From Christensenellales bacterium (lineage in GTDB: Bacteria; Bacillota; Clostridia; Christensenellales; Aristaeellaceae): DNA of 64,000 nucleotides. The stretch covers positions 350 to 64,349 of the forward strand of contig JBGUSK010000075.1 of the NCBI GenBank assembly GCA_045132495.1, read 5' to 3'. A program made the translations under genes and the position numbers. Shown piece after piece: positions 8,977 through 17,914 of the stretch; within the stretch, counting starts at the first letter, position 1; every line of letters starts with the position of its first letter. Under the pieces are notes generated by a model, which searched no databases, had not been told where the DNA came from, and was given only the letters and a program-made list of their open reading frames with translations.

Positions 8977-9843
8977 ATGCTCTACCTCAGCCGTTTCACC
9001 TTCCCCAGCCAGGAGCGGGAGTCCCTCGCCTTCCACGGCCCCCAGCGGCAGTGCTACAACACCAACTACCCCTTCGGCATCATCGCCCGTTTTGATCCCA
9101 CGGTCATCGAGTTCGAGCCCGTCACCATCCTCTACGGCGGCAACGGCACAGGCAAGTCCACCGCCCTCAATGTCATCGCGGAGAAGCTGGCCCTCCAGCG
9201 GGACGCGAGATACAACCGTTCCACCTTCTTCGAGCGCTATGTGGGCCTGTGCGAGGCAGAACTCCGCCGTTCCGTGCCCCGCCACAGCCGCATCATCACC
9301 TCGGACGATGTGTTTGACTACATGCTCAACCTCCGCGCACTCAACGAGGGAATCGACGAACGCCGGGAGGAGATCTTCCGCGAGTACATCGAGGGCAACG
9401 ACAAGGTCAACCCCTTTCGCTACCGCACGATGGAGGACTACGACCGTCTGAAGCGCGTCAACCTGGCCCGCCGCACGACCCAATCCGCCTATACGAAAAA
9501 GCGGCTGATGCCCAACGTTCGGGAGCAGTCCAACGGCGAAAGCGCGTCGTTCTACTTCACCAGCCGCATTCAGGATGGCGGATTGTACCTCCTGGACGAG
9601 CCGGAAAATAGCCTCTCTCCCACCCGGCAGATGGACCTGCTGCAGTTCCTGGAGGACTCCGCCCGTTTCTACGACTGCCAGTTCATCATCGCGACCCATT
9701 CCCCCTTCCTGCTGGCCATGCGGGGCGCGCGCATCTATGACATGGAGGCAGATCCCGTCTGCCGCCGCAGGTGGACGGAGCTTCCTGCCGTCAGAGCCTA
9801 TCACGATTTCTTCACCAGGCATTCGGAAGATTTTCACACCTGA
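8977..9843 (+). CDS. ABC-like AAA family ATPase (stand-alone)
   Basis: Walker A YGGNGTGKST, Walker B/D-loop LYLLDEPENSLSP, H-loop IIATHSPF. 288 aa. Confidence 0.75.
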   Translation: MLYLSRFTFPSQERESLAFHGPQRQCYNTNYPFGIIARFDPTVIEFEPVTILYGGNGTGKSTALNVIAEKLALQRDARYNRSTFFERYVGLCEAELRRSVPRHSRIITSDDVFDYMLNLRALNEGIDERREEIFREYIEGNDKVNPFRYRTMEDYDRLKRVNLARRTTQSAYTKKRLMPNVREQSNGESASFYFTSRIQDGGLYLLDEPENSLSPTRQMDLLQFLEDSARFYDCQFIIATHSPFLLAMRGARIYDMEADPVCRRRWTELPAVRAYHDFFTRHSEDFHT

Positions 9844-9850
9844 TCCCACC

Positions 9851-9887
9851 GCCCGCCGGAAGCCCGTGCGGGCATTGTTTTTTTATT
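9851..9887 (+). terminator. Rho-independent terminator
   Basis: Stem GCCCGC / GCGGGC followed by ATTGTTTTTTT. Confidence 0.6.
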
Positions 9888-9895
9888 GTTTTTTC

Positions 9896-9924
9896 TTGAA
9901 TCTGCGGATGAACGAGCGTACAAT
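9896..9924 (+). promoter_or_regulatory. SigA-type promoter of the sodium symporter gene
   Basis: TTGAAT, 17-nt spacer, TACAAT. Confidence 0.5.
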
Positions 9925-9957
9925 ATTGCTTGACCAACTGCAATCCGGGGGCAATTT

Positions 9958-11325
9958 ATGCAACGTGAATCCTTCAAATCCCGCCTGGGCTTCCTGCTGG
10001 TGAGCGCCGGCTGTGCCATTGGCATCGGCAATGTGTGGCGTTTTCCCTATGTGGCAGGGCAAAACGGCGGCGGCATATTTGTGCTGTTTTATCTGCTGTT
10101 CCTCCTGTGCCTGGGCGTACCGGTGCTGACGATGGAATTTGCCGTCGGCCGCGCCAGCCGCAAAACCGCTGTGGAGGGCTACAAGGCCCTTGAAAAACCG
10201 GGACACAAGTGGCATCTGCACGGTTGGATGGCCATGCTCGGCTGCTATCTGCTGATGATGTATTACACCACCGTTGCCGGGTGGATGGTAAACTATTTCG
10301 GCAAATTTCTTACCGGCGTCTTTTCCGCCGGGATGGACAAATCCGCTGTGGACGGCGTGTTCTCGGCGATGCTGCAACATCCTGCGGAGATGATCTTCTG
10401 GATGGCGCTGACCGTCATTGCGGGCTTCGCTGTGGTGAGCCTTGGCCTGCAAAAGGGGCTGGAGCGCATCAGCAAGTGGATGATGCTCGCGCTGCTGGGG
10501 CTGATCGTGGTGCTGGCCGTCCACAGCCTGACGCTGAAGGGAGGCATGGACGGCGTGAAGTTCTACCTGCTGCCGAGCCTCAAACAGGTGCAAAGCGTCG
10601 GCGGGCTGGGCAAAGTGATCGTCGCGGCGATGAATCAGGCCTTCTTCACCCTGAGCATCGGCGCAGGCTCCATGCAGATCTTCGGCAGCTACATGTCTCG
10701 GGACAATACCCTTGCAGGCGAATCTGTGCGCATCTGCGGGCTGGATACCTTTGTGGCACTGATGAGCGGCATGATCATCTTCCCCGCCTGCTTCTCCTAT
10801 GGCGTGGAGCCGGATGCAGGCCCCTCGCTGATCTTCAAGACGCTGCCCAATGTGTTCGTCAACATGACAGGAGGGCGCATCTGGGGCGCGCTGTTCTTCC
10901 TGTTCATGACCTTCGCCAGCTTCTCCACGGTGATCGCGGTGTTTGAGAACCTGCTGGCTTTCTGCATCGACACCTTCGGCTGGAGTCGCAAAAAGGCGGT
11001 GCTGCTCAACTGCGGCTTTATGCTCATCGCCAGCCTGCCCGCATTGCTGGGCTATAATCTCCTCAAGGATGTACGGCTCATCCGCGGCATGGACATCCTG
11101 GACACGGAGGATTTCATCGTCAGTAACCTGCTGCTGCCCATTGGGTCGCTGGTGTATCTGCTGTTCTGCGTCAGCAAATGGGGCTGGGGCTTTGATAAAT
11201 ACCTGACGGAAGCCAACACCGGCAGCGGTTTGAAGCTCTCTCCGAGGCTCAAGCCAGTGTTCCAGTTTGTGCTGCCGGTGCTGATTGTCATCATTCTCAT
11301 CTGCGGTCTGCTGCCGCAGCAGTAA
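9958..11325 (+). CDS. Sodium-dependent transporter, neurotransmitter:sodium symporter (SNF) family
   Basis: Hallmark GCAIGIGNVWRFPY near the N-terminus. About 12 TM segments. 455 aa. Confidence 0.9.
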   Translation: MQRESFKSRLGFLLVSAGCAIGIGNVWRFPYVAGQNGGGIFVLFYLLFLLCLGVPVLTMEFAVGRASRKTAVEGYKALEKPGHKWHLHGWMAMLGCYLLMMYYTTVAGWMVNYFGKFLTGVFSAGMDKSAVDGVFSAMLQHPAEMIFWMALTVIAGFAVVSLGLQKGLERISKWMMLALLGLIVVLAVHSLTLKGGMDGVKFYLLPSLKQVQSVGGLGKVIVAAMNQAFFTLSIGAGSMQIFGSYMSRDNTLAGESVRICGLDTFVALMSGMIIFPACFSYGVEPDAGPSLIFKTLPNVFVNMTGGRIWGALFFLFMTFASFSTVIAVFENLLAFCIDTFGWSRKKAVLLNCGFMLIASLPALLGYNLLKDVRLIRGMDILDTEDFIVSNLLLPIGSLVYLLFCVSKWGWGFDKYLTEANTGSGLKLSPRLKPVFQFVLPVLIVIILICGLLPQQ

Positions 11326-11335
11326 GGAGGCCCCC

Positions 11336-11572
11336 ATGAAAAGCTATCTCATCAAGGACACGACCCGCGAGGAGCGAGAACAGATCGTCGCCGAAGCCCT
11401 GGGCAATATCGAGGCCTCTTGCGACGGCTGCACGCCCGGCCTGGCGGAAATGTATCAGGCCTATATCGATGGCAAAATGGAGCTGCGCGAGTGCAACGCA
11501 GCCTTCAACAAGGGGTATATTTCCGGCAGGCAGGGGCCCGAACGCGGGGGAAGCTGCCTGCAGGGGCTGTGA
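11336..11572 (+). CDS. Small cytoplasmic Cys-containing protein, unknown function
   Basis: ORF 11285..11572 trimmed to ATG 11336. The upstream stop lies inside the SD (cagcagTAAGGAGGcccccATG), implying coupling to the SNF gene. 78 aa. Confidence 0.5.
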   Translation: MKSYLIKDTTREEREQIVAEALGNIEASCDGCTPGLAEMYQAYIDGKMELRECNAAFNKGYISGRQGPERGGSCLQGL

Positions 11573-11589
11573 TATGGAAAAAGCGGCGG

Positions 11590-12066
11590 TCAGTGCGACC
11601 GTCGCTTTTCGCATCTATAGAGAATGATACTGCCCACCACATCCAACACAAAGATGCACTGGCTGACCGCCAGCACGAACGCCCACGCCGTGAACAGGTG
11701 TCCCGCGCGCCAGTCAAGGTACACGCTCCGCAGGGTATAGGCGGAGGTCGCCAGCAATAGCAGTGCGTTCAGAAGGAAGATGACGATCACCGCAGGCGGC
11801 GCAGCAAAGAGCATGATCCCATATACAAAGGTAATCGCATAGTAAGGAATCAGCGTCAGCTTGACAAGCATTCCCGCAAGAGCGGCCCCTTCCTTCCTCC
11901 TCATTGCATGAATGATGTTTATCCCACAGGCGACAACCAACCCTGCCATCCATGCCAGCACCGGCACGAATGTCCACGACTCCAACTGCCGCAGCACCTC
12001 CAGCAGCAAAACGCCTGAATAGGGCCACAGCGCCAGCAGCAGGATCTGCCAGTTGAGTTTTCGCAT
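11590..12066 (-). CDS. Small membrane protein (4 predicted TM), unknown function
   Basis: Track start 12069 is TTG. ATG at 12066 is preceded by GGAAAGGGGG. Hydrophobic throughout. Confidence 0.55.
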   Translation of the reverse strand: MRKLNWQILLLALWPYSGVLLLEVLRQLESWTFVPVLAWMAGLVVACGINIIHAMRRKEGAALAGMLVKLTLIPYYAITFVYGIMLFAAPPAVIVIFLLNALLLLATSAYTLRSVYLDWRAGHLFTAWAFVLAVSQCIFVLDVVGSIILYRCEKRRSH

Positions 12067-12067
12067 C

Positions 12068-12135
12068 AAAAAGCCCCCTTTCCGCTGTCATTGTAGCATA
12101 GGCGGCCACGTGTCACAACGGAAAGGGGGCTTTTT
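12068..12135 (-). terminator. Long-stem hairpin terminator of the upstream gene; the 3' arm carries the SD of the next gene
   Basis: 17-bp stem AAAAAGCCCCCTTTCCG (12068-12084) / CGGAAAGGGGGCTTTTT (12119-12135) with a 34-nt loop. Confidence 0.5.
12090..12118 (-). promoter_or_regulatory. Candidate promoter located inside the hairpin loop
   Basis: On the minus strand: TTGTGA (12118-12113), 17-nt spacer, TACAAT (12095-12090). Confidence 0.35.
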
Positions 12136-12155
12136 TCATGCAATTCTCATCTGTG

Positions 12156-12551
12156 TCAGATTTTCATCGTCTCAGCATATTCCTCCAGCAGTGCGTTGAT
12201 GAGGCCCTCATGCTCGTAGAACACATCATCGCATTCGCTGAAGATATCATCGTTTTCATCTTCCGCATCCGGACAGGCCTTGTAAGCCTCATAGGCCCGC
12301 AGCAAATTCACCTTCAGCGGCTCCGGCAGGATGGACAGCACAGTCTCCACCTCCGCCTTCAGATCGCTGGCTTCGTTGACATTGAAAAAGTACTGGTCAT
12401 GCCCGCCATTGCCCACCTCGCTCTGGTAGGTCATCAGCTGTGCATAGGGGGCAGCAGCCTTCCCTTCCGTCCATAGATCCCACATTCTGTTCCACTTGCG
12501 ATCCTTTTCGGGCAGCTTTTCCTTCTTTGCGAACAGATCAAAAATCCCCAT
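12156..12551 (-). CDS. DUF4375 / DMP19-like small acidic protein
   Basis: 131 aa. SEVGNGGHDQYFFN resembles the DMP19/DUF4375 core as I recall it. SD TAAGGAGG. Confidence 0.55.
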   Translation of the reverse strand: MGIFDLFAKKEKLPEKDRKWNRMWDLWTEGKAAAPYAQLMTYQSEVGNGGHDQYFFNVNEASDLKAEVETVLSILPEPLKVNLLRAYEAYKACPDAEDENDDIFSECDDVFYEHEGLINALLEEYAETMKI

Positions 12552-12561
12552 AAGCGCCTCC

Positions 12562-13401
12562 TTACTTTACCGGTACACCTGCCTGCTCCGCAGCCTGACG
12601 CATCACGGCGGCAGCCTTCATGTAGGCCGCATGATCCGGCAGGTGTTCCACAAAGACTGGGATGTCGTCACCCAGCGCATGAGCAAGTTCCGTCACCAGC
12701 GGCAGGTCGATGCTGCCTTCCCCCGGGGGAACCTCGTTGATATTCACCGGCAGCGCGCCCTCGGAGATCAGCACATCCTTGGCATGGATGGACACGATGT
12801 TTTCCCCCAGCAGTTCGAAGCAGTGGGCGATAAAGTTCGACGCATCACGGTAACGCTCCACGCCGTTGATCATGTTGCAGTAGTCCAGATGTACCTTGAA
12901 GGCGCTGCGGTCAACATCCCTCATCAGCTGCAGATACTGCTCTGGGGATTCAGGCACCATCCACGGCATGGGTTCCAGGGAGTAGGCCGTATGGGCGGGC
13001 TTCACGGCATCAATGATGCGCTGCGTGTTTTCCACGACCCGTTCGTACACCTCACGGGTGCCCAGCGCGGGATGATAGCCATCCCACAGCTCCGCCATGG
13101 AGCCGGAGATGTTCACACAGCAGTTCGCACCGACTGTTTCAGCCAGCTCCAGCTGACGGATGTTTCAGTCGAGATTCGCCGCACGTTCCTTTTCATCCCG
13201 GGCCATGACATTGCGCCACGCGCCGACCTCGCCAATGAGCAGGTCGTTGTCGCGGCAGCACTGCAGATAATCACGGATGACATGGGCAGGCGCTGTGCTC
13301 TCCACCGGGAAGATCACTGCACTATACCCCAGTTCCTTCACATGCGCGAGCCATTCCTTGGGACTTGAGTAGGGCTTCATCACAGAACCGCCAAGCCGCA
13401 T
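12562..13401 (-). pseudogene. Sugar phosphate isomerase/epimerase (xylose-isomerase-like TIM barrel) interrupted by one in-frame TGA
   Basis: ORFs 13165..13401 and 12562..13116 are in the same frame. TGA lies at 13167-13165, and translation continues NIRQLELAETVGANCCVNISGS across the gap. Together they give a full-length TIM-barrel-like protein. Confidence 0.6.
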
Positions 13402-13413
13402 ACAATTTCCTCC

Positions 13414-14307
13414 TTACCAGGTGTGCTTTGCCAGCCGGACGATGCTCGGATCCACGCTCCGCACATCCGGAGAGGCCGTCATCGCCATGTTATAGCGCAG
13501 GTCAGTGGTGATGTTCGCGATCACACCGCGCACGCCCTCCGCGCCCTTTTCCCGCAGGGGCTGCATCAGCGGACGGCCCACGCAGGCGCCCGTCGCGCCC
13601 AGGGCCAGGCACTTGAGCACGTCCAGGCCGGACTGGATGGCGCAGTCCACAAACAGTGCCGCTTCGCCGTTCACTTCTTCAGCGATCTCCGGCAGCACCA
13701 TCAGCGGAGGCACAGCGGTGTCAATGCGGCCGTTGTGGTGACTGACCACCATGCCCTTCACGCCGCAGTCCAGGCACTTGCGGGCTTCCTTGCGGGACAG
13801 CACGCCCTTGATAAAGAAGGGCAGCTTCGTTGCCTTGACCATATCTGCCAATTCCGCGGAGGACAGCGGGAACATGGGCATGCCCTCGATGCAATCGTAG
13901 CCGTTTCTACTGAACGCATGGTCAGTGTCGATGCCCACGCCCAGGCAGCCGATCTCCTCGGCATGGCGGATCTTGTCATACACAGATTCGCGGTCGGCGT
14001 AGGGCTTGATGATCTTGATGACCTGCGCACCGGTGGCAACCATGCGCTCCAGCTCATCCTTGGGTCCCATGCCGCTGAAGACCAGGGCGCCCGCCTGATT
14101 TGCGCCGTCCGCCATGGCTGCCATGCCGTCGGGGTACTGATTCGCCATGTGAGAGAGGGCCGCCGTTGCAACGGGGGTAGCAAAGGTTTTGCCGAAGAGC
14201 GTCATCTCCGTGGAGGGCATGACCGCATCCAGGTGGCGCACCTCCACCAGCAGAGAGTCAATATAGGCCCGGGTGATCACATCAGAGGAAAGGGATTTGC
14301 GTTCCAT
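13414..14307 (-). CDS. FMN-dependent alpha-hydroxy-acid oxidising enzyme family protein
   Basis: GMVVSHHNGR, VDCAIQSGLDVLKCLALGA and related FMN-dehydrogenase barrel motifs. 297 aa. SD GGAGG. Confidence 0.8.
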   Translation of the reverse strand: MERKSLSSDVITRAYIDSLLVEVRHLDAVMPSTEMTLFGKTFATPVATAALSHMANQYPDGMAAMADGANQAGALVFSGMGPKDELERMVATGAQVIKIIKPYADRESVYDKIRHAEEIGCLGVGIDTDHAFSRNGYDCIEGMPMFPLSSAELADMVKATKLPFFIKGVLSRKEARKCLDCGVKGMVVSHHNGRIDTAVPPLMVLPEIAEEVNGEAALFVDCAIQSGLDVLKCLALGATGACVGRPLMQPLREKGAEGVRGVIANITTDLRYNMAMTASPDVRSVDPSIVRLAKHTW

Positions 14308-14328
14308 GGGGAAGGCCTCCTTCGTAAA

Positions 14329-15099
14329 TCAAGTGAAAGCGTTGACCAAAAGAATCACCGCACCCAGCACCACCAGAACCACGCCAGTGGCCCGGTTGAG
14401 GGTGACAGGCTTGGCCTTGTTGGCGAACTTCGCCGCCAGGCGGGCAAAGAGCAGCGTGAATGCCACACAGAGGATCAGCGTCCACCAGTCCGGTGCGCCG
14501 CCAATGGCAAAGTGGCTCACCGAGCCCGTCAGCGCCGTGAAGGCCATGATGAACACGCTGGTACCCACCGCTGTCTTGAGCTCATAGCCCATGACCGTGG
14601 TGAGGATGAGGAGCATCATCATGCCGCCGCCAGCGCCGATGAAACCGCAGATGAAGCCGATCATCGCACCGCAGAGGATGGACTGGATGGTGCGCTTCTT
14701 CGCATCCACCTGCGCCATGGCTTCCTTGGTGGTCATGACAGGCTTCAGGATGAACTTCACGCCCAGCATCATCGTCATGAACACAGAGAAGCTGCCCATC
14801 GTCTGGCTGGGCACCAGGCTGGATACCCAACTGCCCACCACGGTAAAGGCCAGCACCGAAAGCATCATCGTCAGGCCATTTTTGACGTCCAGATTTCCGT
14901 TTTTCTTGTACGTCCATGCGGACACAGCGCTGGCCAGCACATCGCTGGCAAGGGCGATGCCCACCGCGTCATAGGTTTCCATCCCCAGGAAGGTCACCAG
15001 CATCGGGGTGATGACCGCAGCAGCGCTCATTCCTGCAAAACCTGTGCCCAGGCCCGCGCCGAGGCCTGCGAACAGGCAAACAATAAACTCAACTATCAT
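14329..15099 (-). CDS. TauE/SafE family sulfite/organosulfonate exporter-like membrane protein
   Basis: 256 aa and about 8 TM, with the duplicated G-rich helices typical of TauE (GAGLGTGFAGMSAAAV, GFIGAGGGMMM). Confidence 0.8.
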   Translation of the reverse strand: MIVEFIVCLFAGLGAGLGTGFAGMSAAAVITPMLVTFLGMETYDAVGIALASDVLASAVSAWTYKKNGNLDVKNGLTMMLSVLAFTVVGSWVSSLVPSQTMGSFSVFMTMMLGVKFILKPVMTTKEAMAQVDAKKRTIQSILCGAMIGFICGFIGAGGGMMMLLILTTVMGYELKTAVGTSVFIMAFTALTGSVSHFAIGGAPDWWTLILCVAFTLLFARLAAKFANKAKPVTLNRATGVVLVVLGAVILLVNAFT

Positions 15100-15122
15100 A
15101 ATAGGTTATTCGCTTCCTTCCG

Positions 15123-15854
15123 TTATTCTCCTGCCAGCACAGACAAAATCGCCTGTACCGTCGCATCCAACTGCTCTTGGGCGGTGATGGATGCAACGCC
15201 ATCGCCCTTCTGATGCCCATAATCGCCGAACTGGGCGTGATTCCCGCCGGCCACGATGACTTCCACCGCACTTTCCAGCAGATTGCCGCGATATTCAGCG
15301 TACTTTTCCCGCTTCATGACCTGATCCTGATCGCCATAGATGCTCACAACGGACAGGCTCTCCGGCAATTCCGCCGTGGAATAGGCCGCCAGCAGCACCA
15401 AAGCGTCGTAATCTGCCGCGTTCTTCGCAGCATAAGAGGCTGCCATCGCGCCGCCAAGGCTGTGACCGCCAATGGCCCAGCGGATGATCTCAGGGTACTG
15501 ATTGGCAATGCCGTCAGCAGCATTCATGTCCAGCACCGCCAGGCGCAGGGGCATATGTACTGCCACGCAGAGGACGCCGTTCTCCGCCAGGGCCCGCAGC
15601 AGGGGCGCATAGGCCTCCGCTGGCACCAAAGCGCCAGGGTAAAAGATGAAGCCCACTTCGGGCTCATCCGGGATGAATACAATACTGTCGTCCGTGCTCT
15701 GTACGGTCACATTCTGGGCCGGGGCGAGCGCTGCCTGAGCCGCTTCCTGTACGGGGTAGAGACTCTCCACCCAGACAGTTGCGCCCGCCGCAGCCACCGC
15801 CAGCACCAGCACAATGGCAATCAGCCAGGCCCATAGTTTGCGCCTGATTCTCAC
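15123..15854 (-). CDS. Membrane-anchored alpha/beta hydrolase
   Basis: GTG start overlaps the Hsp70 stop (GTGA). N-terminal TM helix. Nucleophile elbow GGHSLGG. Confidence 0.7.
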   Translation of the reverse strand: MRIRRKLWAWLIAIVLVLAVAAAGATVWVESLYPVQEAAQAALAPAQNVTVQSTDDSIVFIPDEPEVGFIFYPGALVPAEAYAPLLRALAENGVLCVAVHMPLRLAVLDMNAADGIANQYPEIIRWAIGGHSLGGAMAASYAAKNAADYDALVLLAAYSTAELPESLSVVSIYGDQDQVMKREKYAEYRGNLLESAVEVIVAGGNHAQFGDYGHQKGDGVASITAQEQLDATVQAILSVLAGE

Positions 15855-17635
15855 TGCTGTTCCCCCATGTTGTTCGCCAGGTGGATGACATGGATGCTGC
15901 TGCCGCGCAGCACCTCCATCGAAGCCTTGATGTCGGTCAGATCAGCCTCGGTCATCTTGTCGGGCTTGGCACGGGAAATCAGCTTGCGAAGGGCGGCCTC
16001 GTCGTCCTTGACGCGTTTCTTTTCTTCCTTTTCGAGCTGCTTGCCGGCCTTGCCCAGCGCCATGCTGACCTGATTGCACAGCATTTGCGCCTCGTTGAGA
16101 GTCTGCATCAGGTCGCGGCGGAAGCCATCCTGCACGGCGTACTGCTCCGCGTCGCGGATGGCCTGCTGGATCTCTGCTTCGGACATCTTCTCATTCGCCG
16201 TGATGGTGATGGACTGGTTCGCGCCGGTGTCCTGATCGCGGGCAGACACGGTGAGGATACCGTTGACGTCGATATCAAAGGTGACCTCGATCTTGGGCAC
16301 GCCGGCCATGGCCTTGCGGATGCCCTTGAGCTTGAACTTGCCGATGGTCTTGTTGTCCTTGGCCATGGGACGCTCGCCCTGCAGCACGTGGATCTCGACG
16401 CTGCCCTGGAACATGCCTGCCGTGGTGAACACCTGGGAGTAGTGCACCGGCAGGGTGGAATTGCGCTCCACCACGCGGGTGGCGACACCGCCGACGGTCT
16501 CGATGGCAAGGCTCAGGGGCGTCACGTCCAGCAGCAGGATGCCGGTATGCTGGGTCAGCGTGGTGTTCTCGCTGCCCAGGGTATCGCCCTGGATGGCTGC
16601 GCCCTGGGCGACGCACTCGTCAGGGTTGATGTTTTTGGAGGGAATCTTCCCGGTGATCTGCTGCACCTTCTGCTGCACGGCGGGGATTCGGGTGGAGCCG
16701 CCCACCAGCAGCACGCGGCCCAGCTCGCTGGGGGCGATGCCCGCGTCGTTCAGGGCGCTGCGGACAGGGCCTTCCGTGCGGTCAACCAGATCGCGGGTCA
16801 GTTCGTTGAATTTGGCGCGGGTGAGGGTCATGTCCAGGTGGACAGGCTGACCGTTCACCTGCATGATGAAGGGCAGGGAAATGCTTGCCATCTCGGAGGC
16901 GGACAGCTCCTTTTTGGCCTGCTCGGCAGCTTCCTTGACACGCACCATCGCGGCGGGGTCACGGGTCAGGTCAGCGCGGGAGGTCTTCATGAACTCGCCG
17001 CACATCCACTGCACGATGCGCTCGTCGAAGTCGTCTCCGCCAAGATGATTATCGCCGCAGGTCGCCAGCACCTCAATGACGCCGTCGCCGATCTCAATGA
17101 TGGACACGTCAAAGGTACCGCCGCCCAGGTCGTAGACCATGATCTTCTGGGCCGCACCGTTGTTCAGGCCATAAGCCAGGGCCGCGCTGGTGGGCTCATT
17201 GATGATGCGGCGAACGTTCAGCCCGGCGATGCGGCCTGCGTCCTTGGTAGCCTGGCGCTGAATGTCGTTGAAGTATGCCGGCACGGTGATGACTGCGTCG
17301 GTGACCTTCTCGCCCAGGTAGGCTTCCGCATCCTCGCGGAGCTTGCGCAGGATCATCGCGCTGATCTCCTGCGGGTTGTACATCTTGCCGCCCAGCTCCT
17401 TGCGCCAGTCGGTGCCCATGTGGCGTTTGATGGACGCAACAGTGCGGTTTGCATTCACCGCCGCCTGACGTTTCGCTGCAGTGCCGACGAGCCGCTCGCC
17501 GGAATCAGTGAAGGCCACCACGCTGGGGGTGGTGCGCTCGCCCTTGTCGTTGGGGATAATGGTGGCCACGCCGCCCTCCACCACGGAGACGCAGCTGTTG
17601 GTGGTACCAAGATCAATGCCGATCACTTTGCTCAT
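15851..17635 (-). CDS. Hsp70-family chaperone (DnaK paralog, not in a grpE-dnaK-dnaJ context)
   Basis: Trimmed to ATG 17635 ([14 protein letters not shown]). Motifs DLGGGTFD and VGGSTRIP, plus a substrate-binding domain. 594 aa. Confidence 0.9.
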   Translation of the reverse strand: MSKVIGIDLGTTNSCVSVVEGGVATIIPNDKGERTTPSVVAFTDSGERLVGTAAKRQAAVNANRTVASIKRHMGTDWRKELGGKMYNPQEISAMILRKLREDAEAYLGEKVTDAVITVPAYFNDIQRQATKDAGRIAGLNVRRIINEPTSAALAYGLNNGAAQKIMVYDLGGGTFDVSIIEIGDGVIEVLATCGDNHLGGDDFDERIVQWMCGEFMKTSRADLTRDPAAMVRVKEAAEQAKKELSASEMASISLPFIMQVNGQPVHLDMTLTRAKFNELTRDLVDRTEGPVRSALNDAGIAPSELGRVLLVGGSTRIPAVQQKVQQITGKIPSKNINPDECVAQGAAIQGDTLGSENTTLTQHTGILLLDVTPLSLAIETVGGVATRVVERNSTLPVHYSQVFTTAGMFQGSVEIHVLQGERPMAKDNKTIGKFKLKGIRKAMAGVPKIEVTFDIDVNGILTVSARDQDTGANQSITITANEKMSEAEIQQAIRDAEQYAVQDGFRRDLMQTLNEAQMLCNQVSMALGKAGKQLEKEEKKRVKDDEAALRKLISRAKPDKMTEADLTDIKASMEVLRGSSIHVIHLANNMGEQQ

Positions 17636-17679
17636 AACGATAATATCCTTTCTATATGCGGCCGTACAGCCGGAGGAAC

Positions 17680-17801
17680 GGGCGAGCAATGCTCGCCCCT
17701 ACGTATCAACGGAAGACGCAAACAGGCCGTAGGGGCGACCATTGGTCGCCCGCAACCTTCACGACCACTCAACCACATAGCCCGCGCGATAGCGAGCGCG
17801 G
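17680..17801. repeat. REP-like palindromic units (family 1) in the J-protein/Hsp70 spacer
   Basis: GGGCGAGC-aat-GCTCGCCC (17680-17698) and GGGCGACC-att-GGTCGCCC (17733-17751) lie in inverted orientation, flanked by CCCCTACG / CGTAGGGG. A further CCGCGC..GCGCGG hairpin lies at 17781-17801. Confidence 0.7.
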
Positions 17802-17914
17802 CCAGTCAACATCAGAGGCAGTCCCAGCCCCACGCGGTAGGTCTATGGCGAAGAAGTCAACTCGATCGCGTGAAAAAGGGACGAAGTCCCCGCGCGAAAA
17901 CGGGGTCGAAGACC

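Noticed and set aside
8539-8979. Identical 16-nt start context GGAGGCCTCCGCCATG at 8540-8555 and 8964-8979
   Set aside because: It is short, SD-centred, and upstream of two adjacent genes. This is most simply two strong ribosome-binding sites with a chance-similar spacer. GGAGGCCTCC has no loop, so it cannot fold on itself.
13117-13167. Selenocysteine or other programmed recoding at the in-frame TGA
   Set aside because: The sequence just downstream (AACAUCCGUCAGCUGGAGCUGGCUG...) offers only a 4-bp CAGC/GCUG hairpin, not a convincing bacterial SECIS. The protein family is not a known selenoprotein. TGA terminates normal genes in the window. It is kept as a finding only as a nonsense mutation, an error or a readthrough question.
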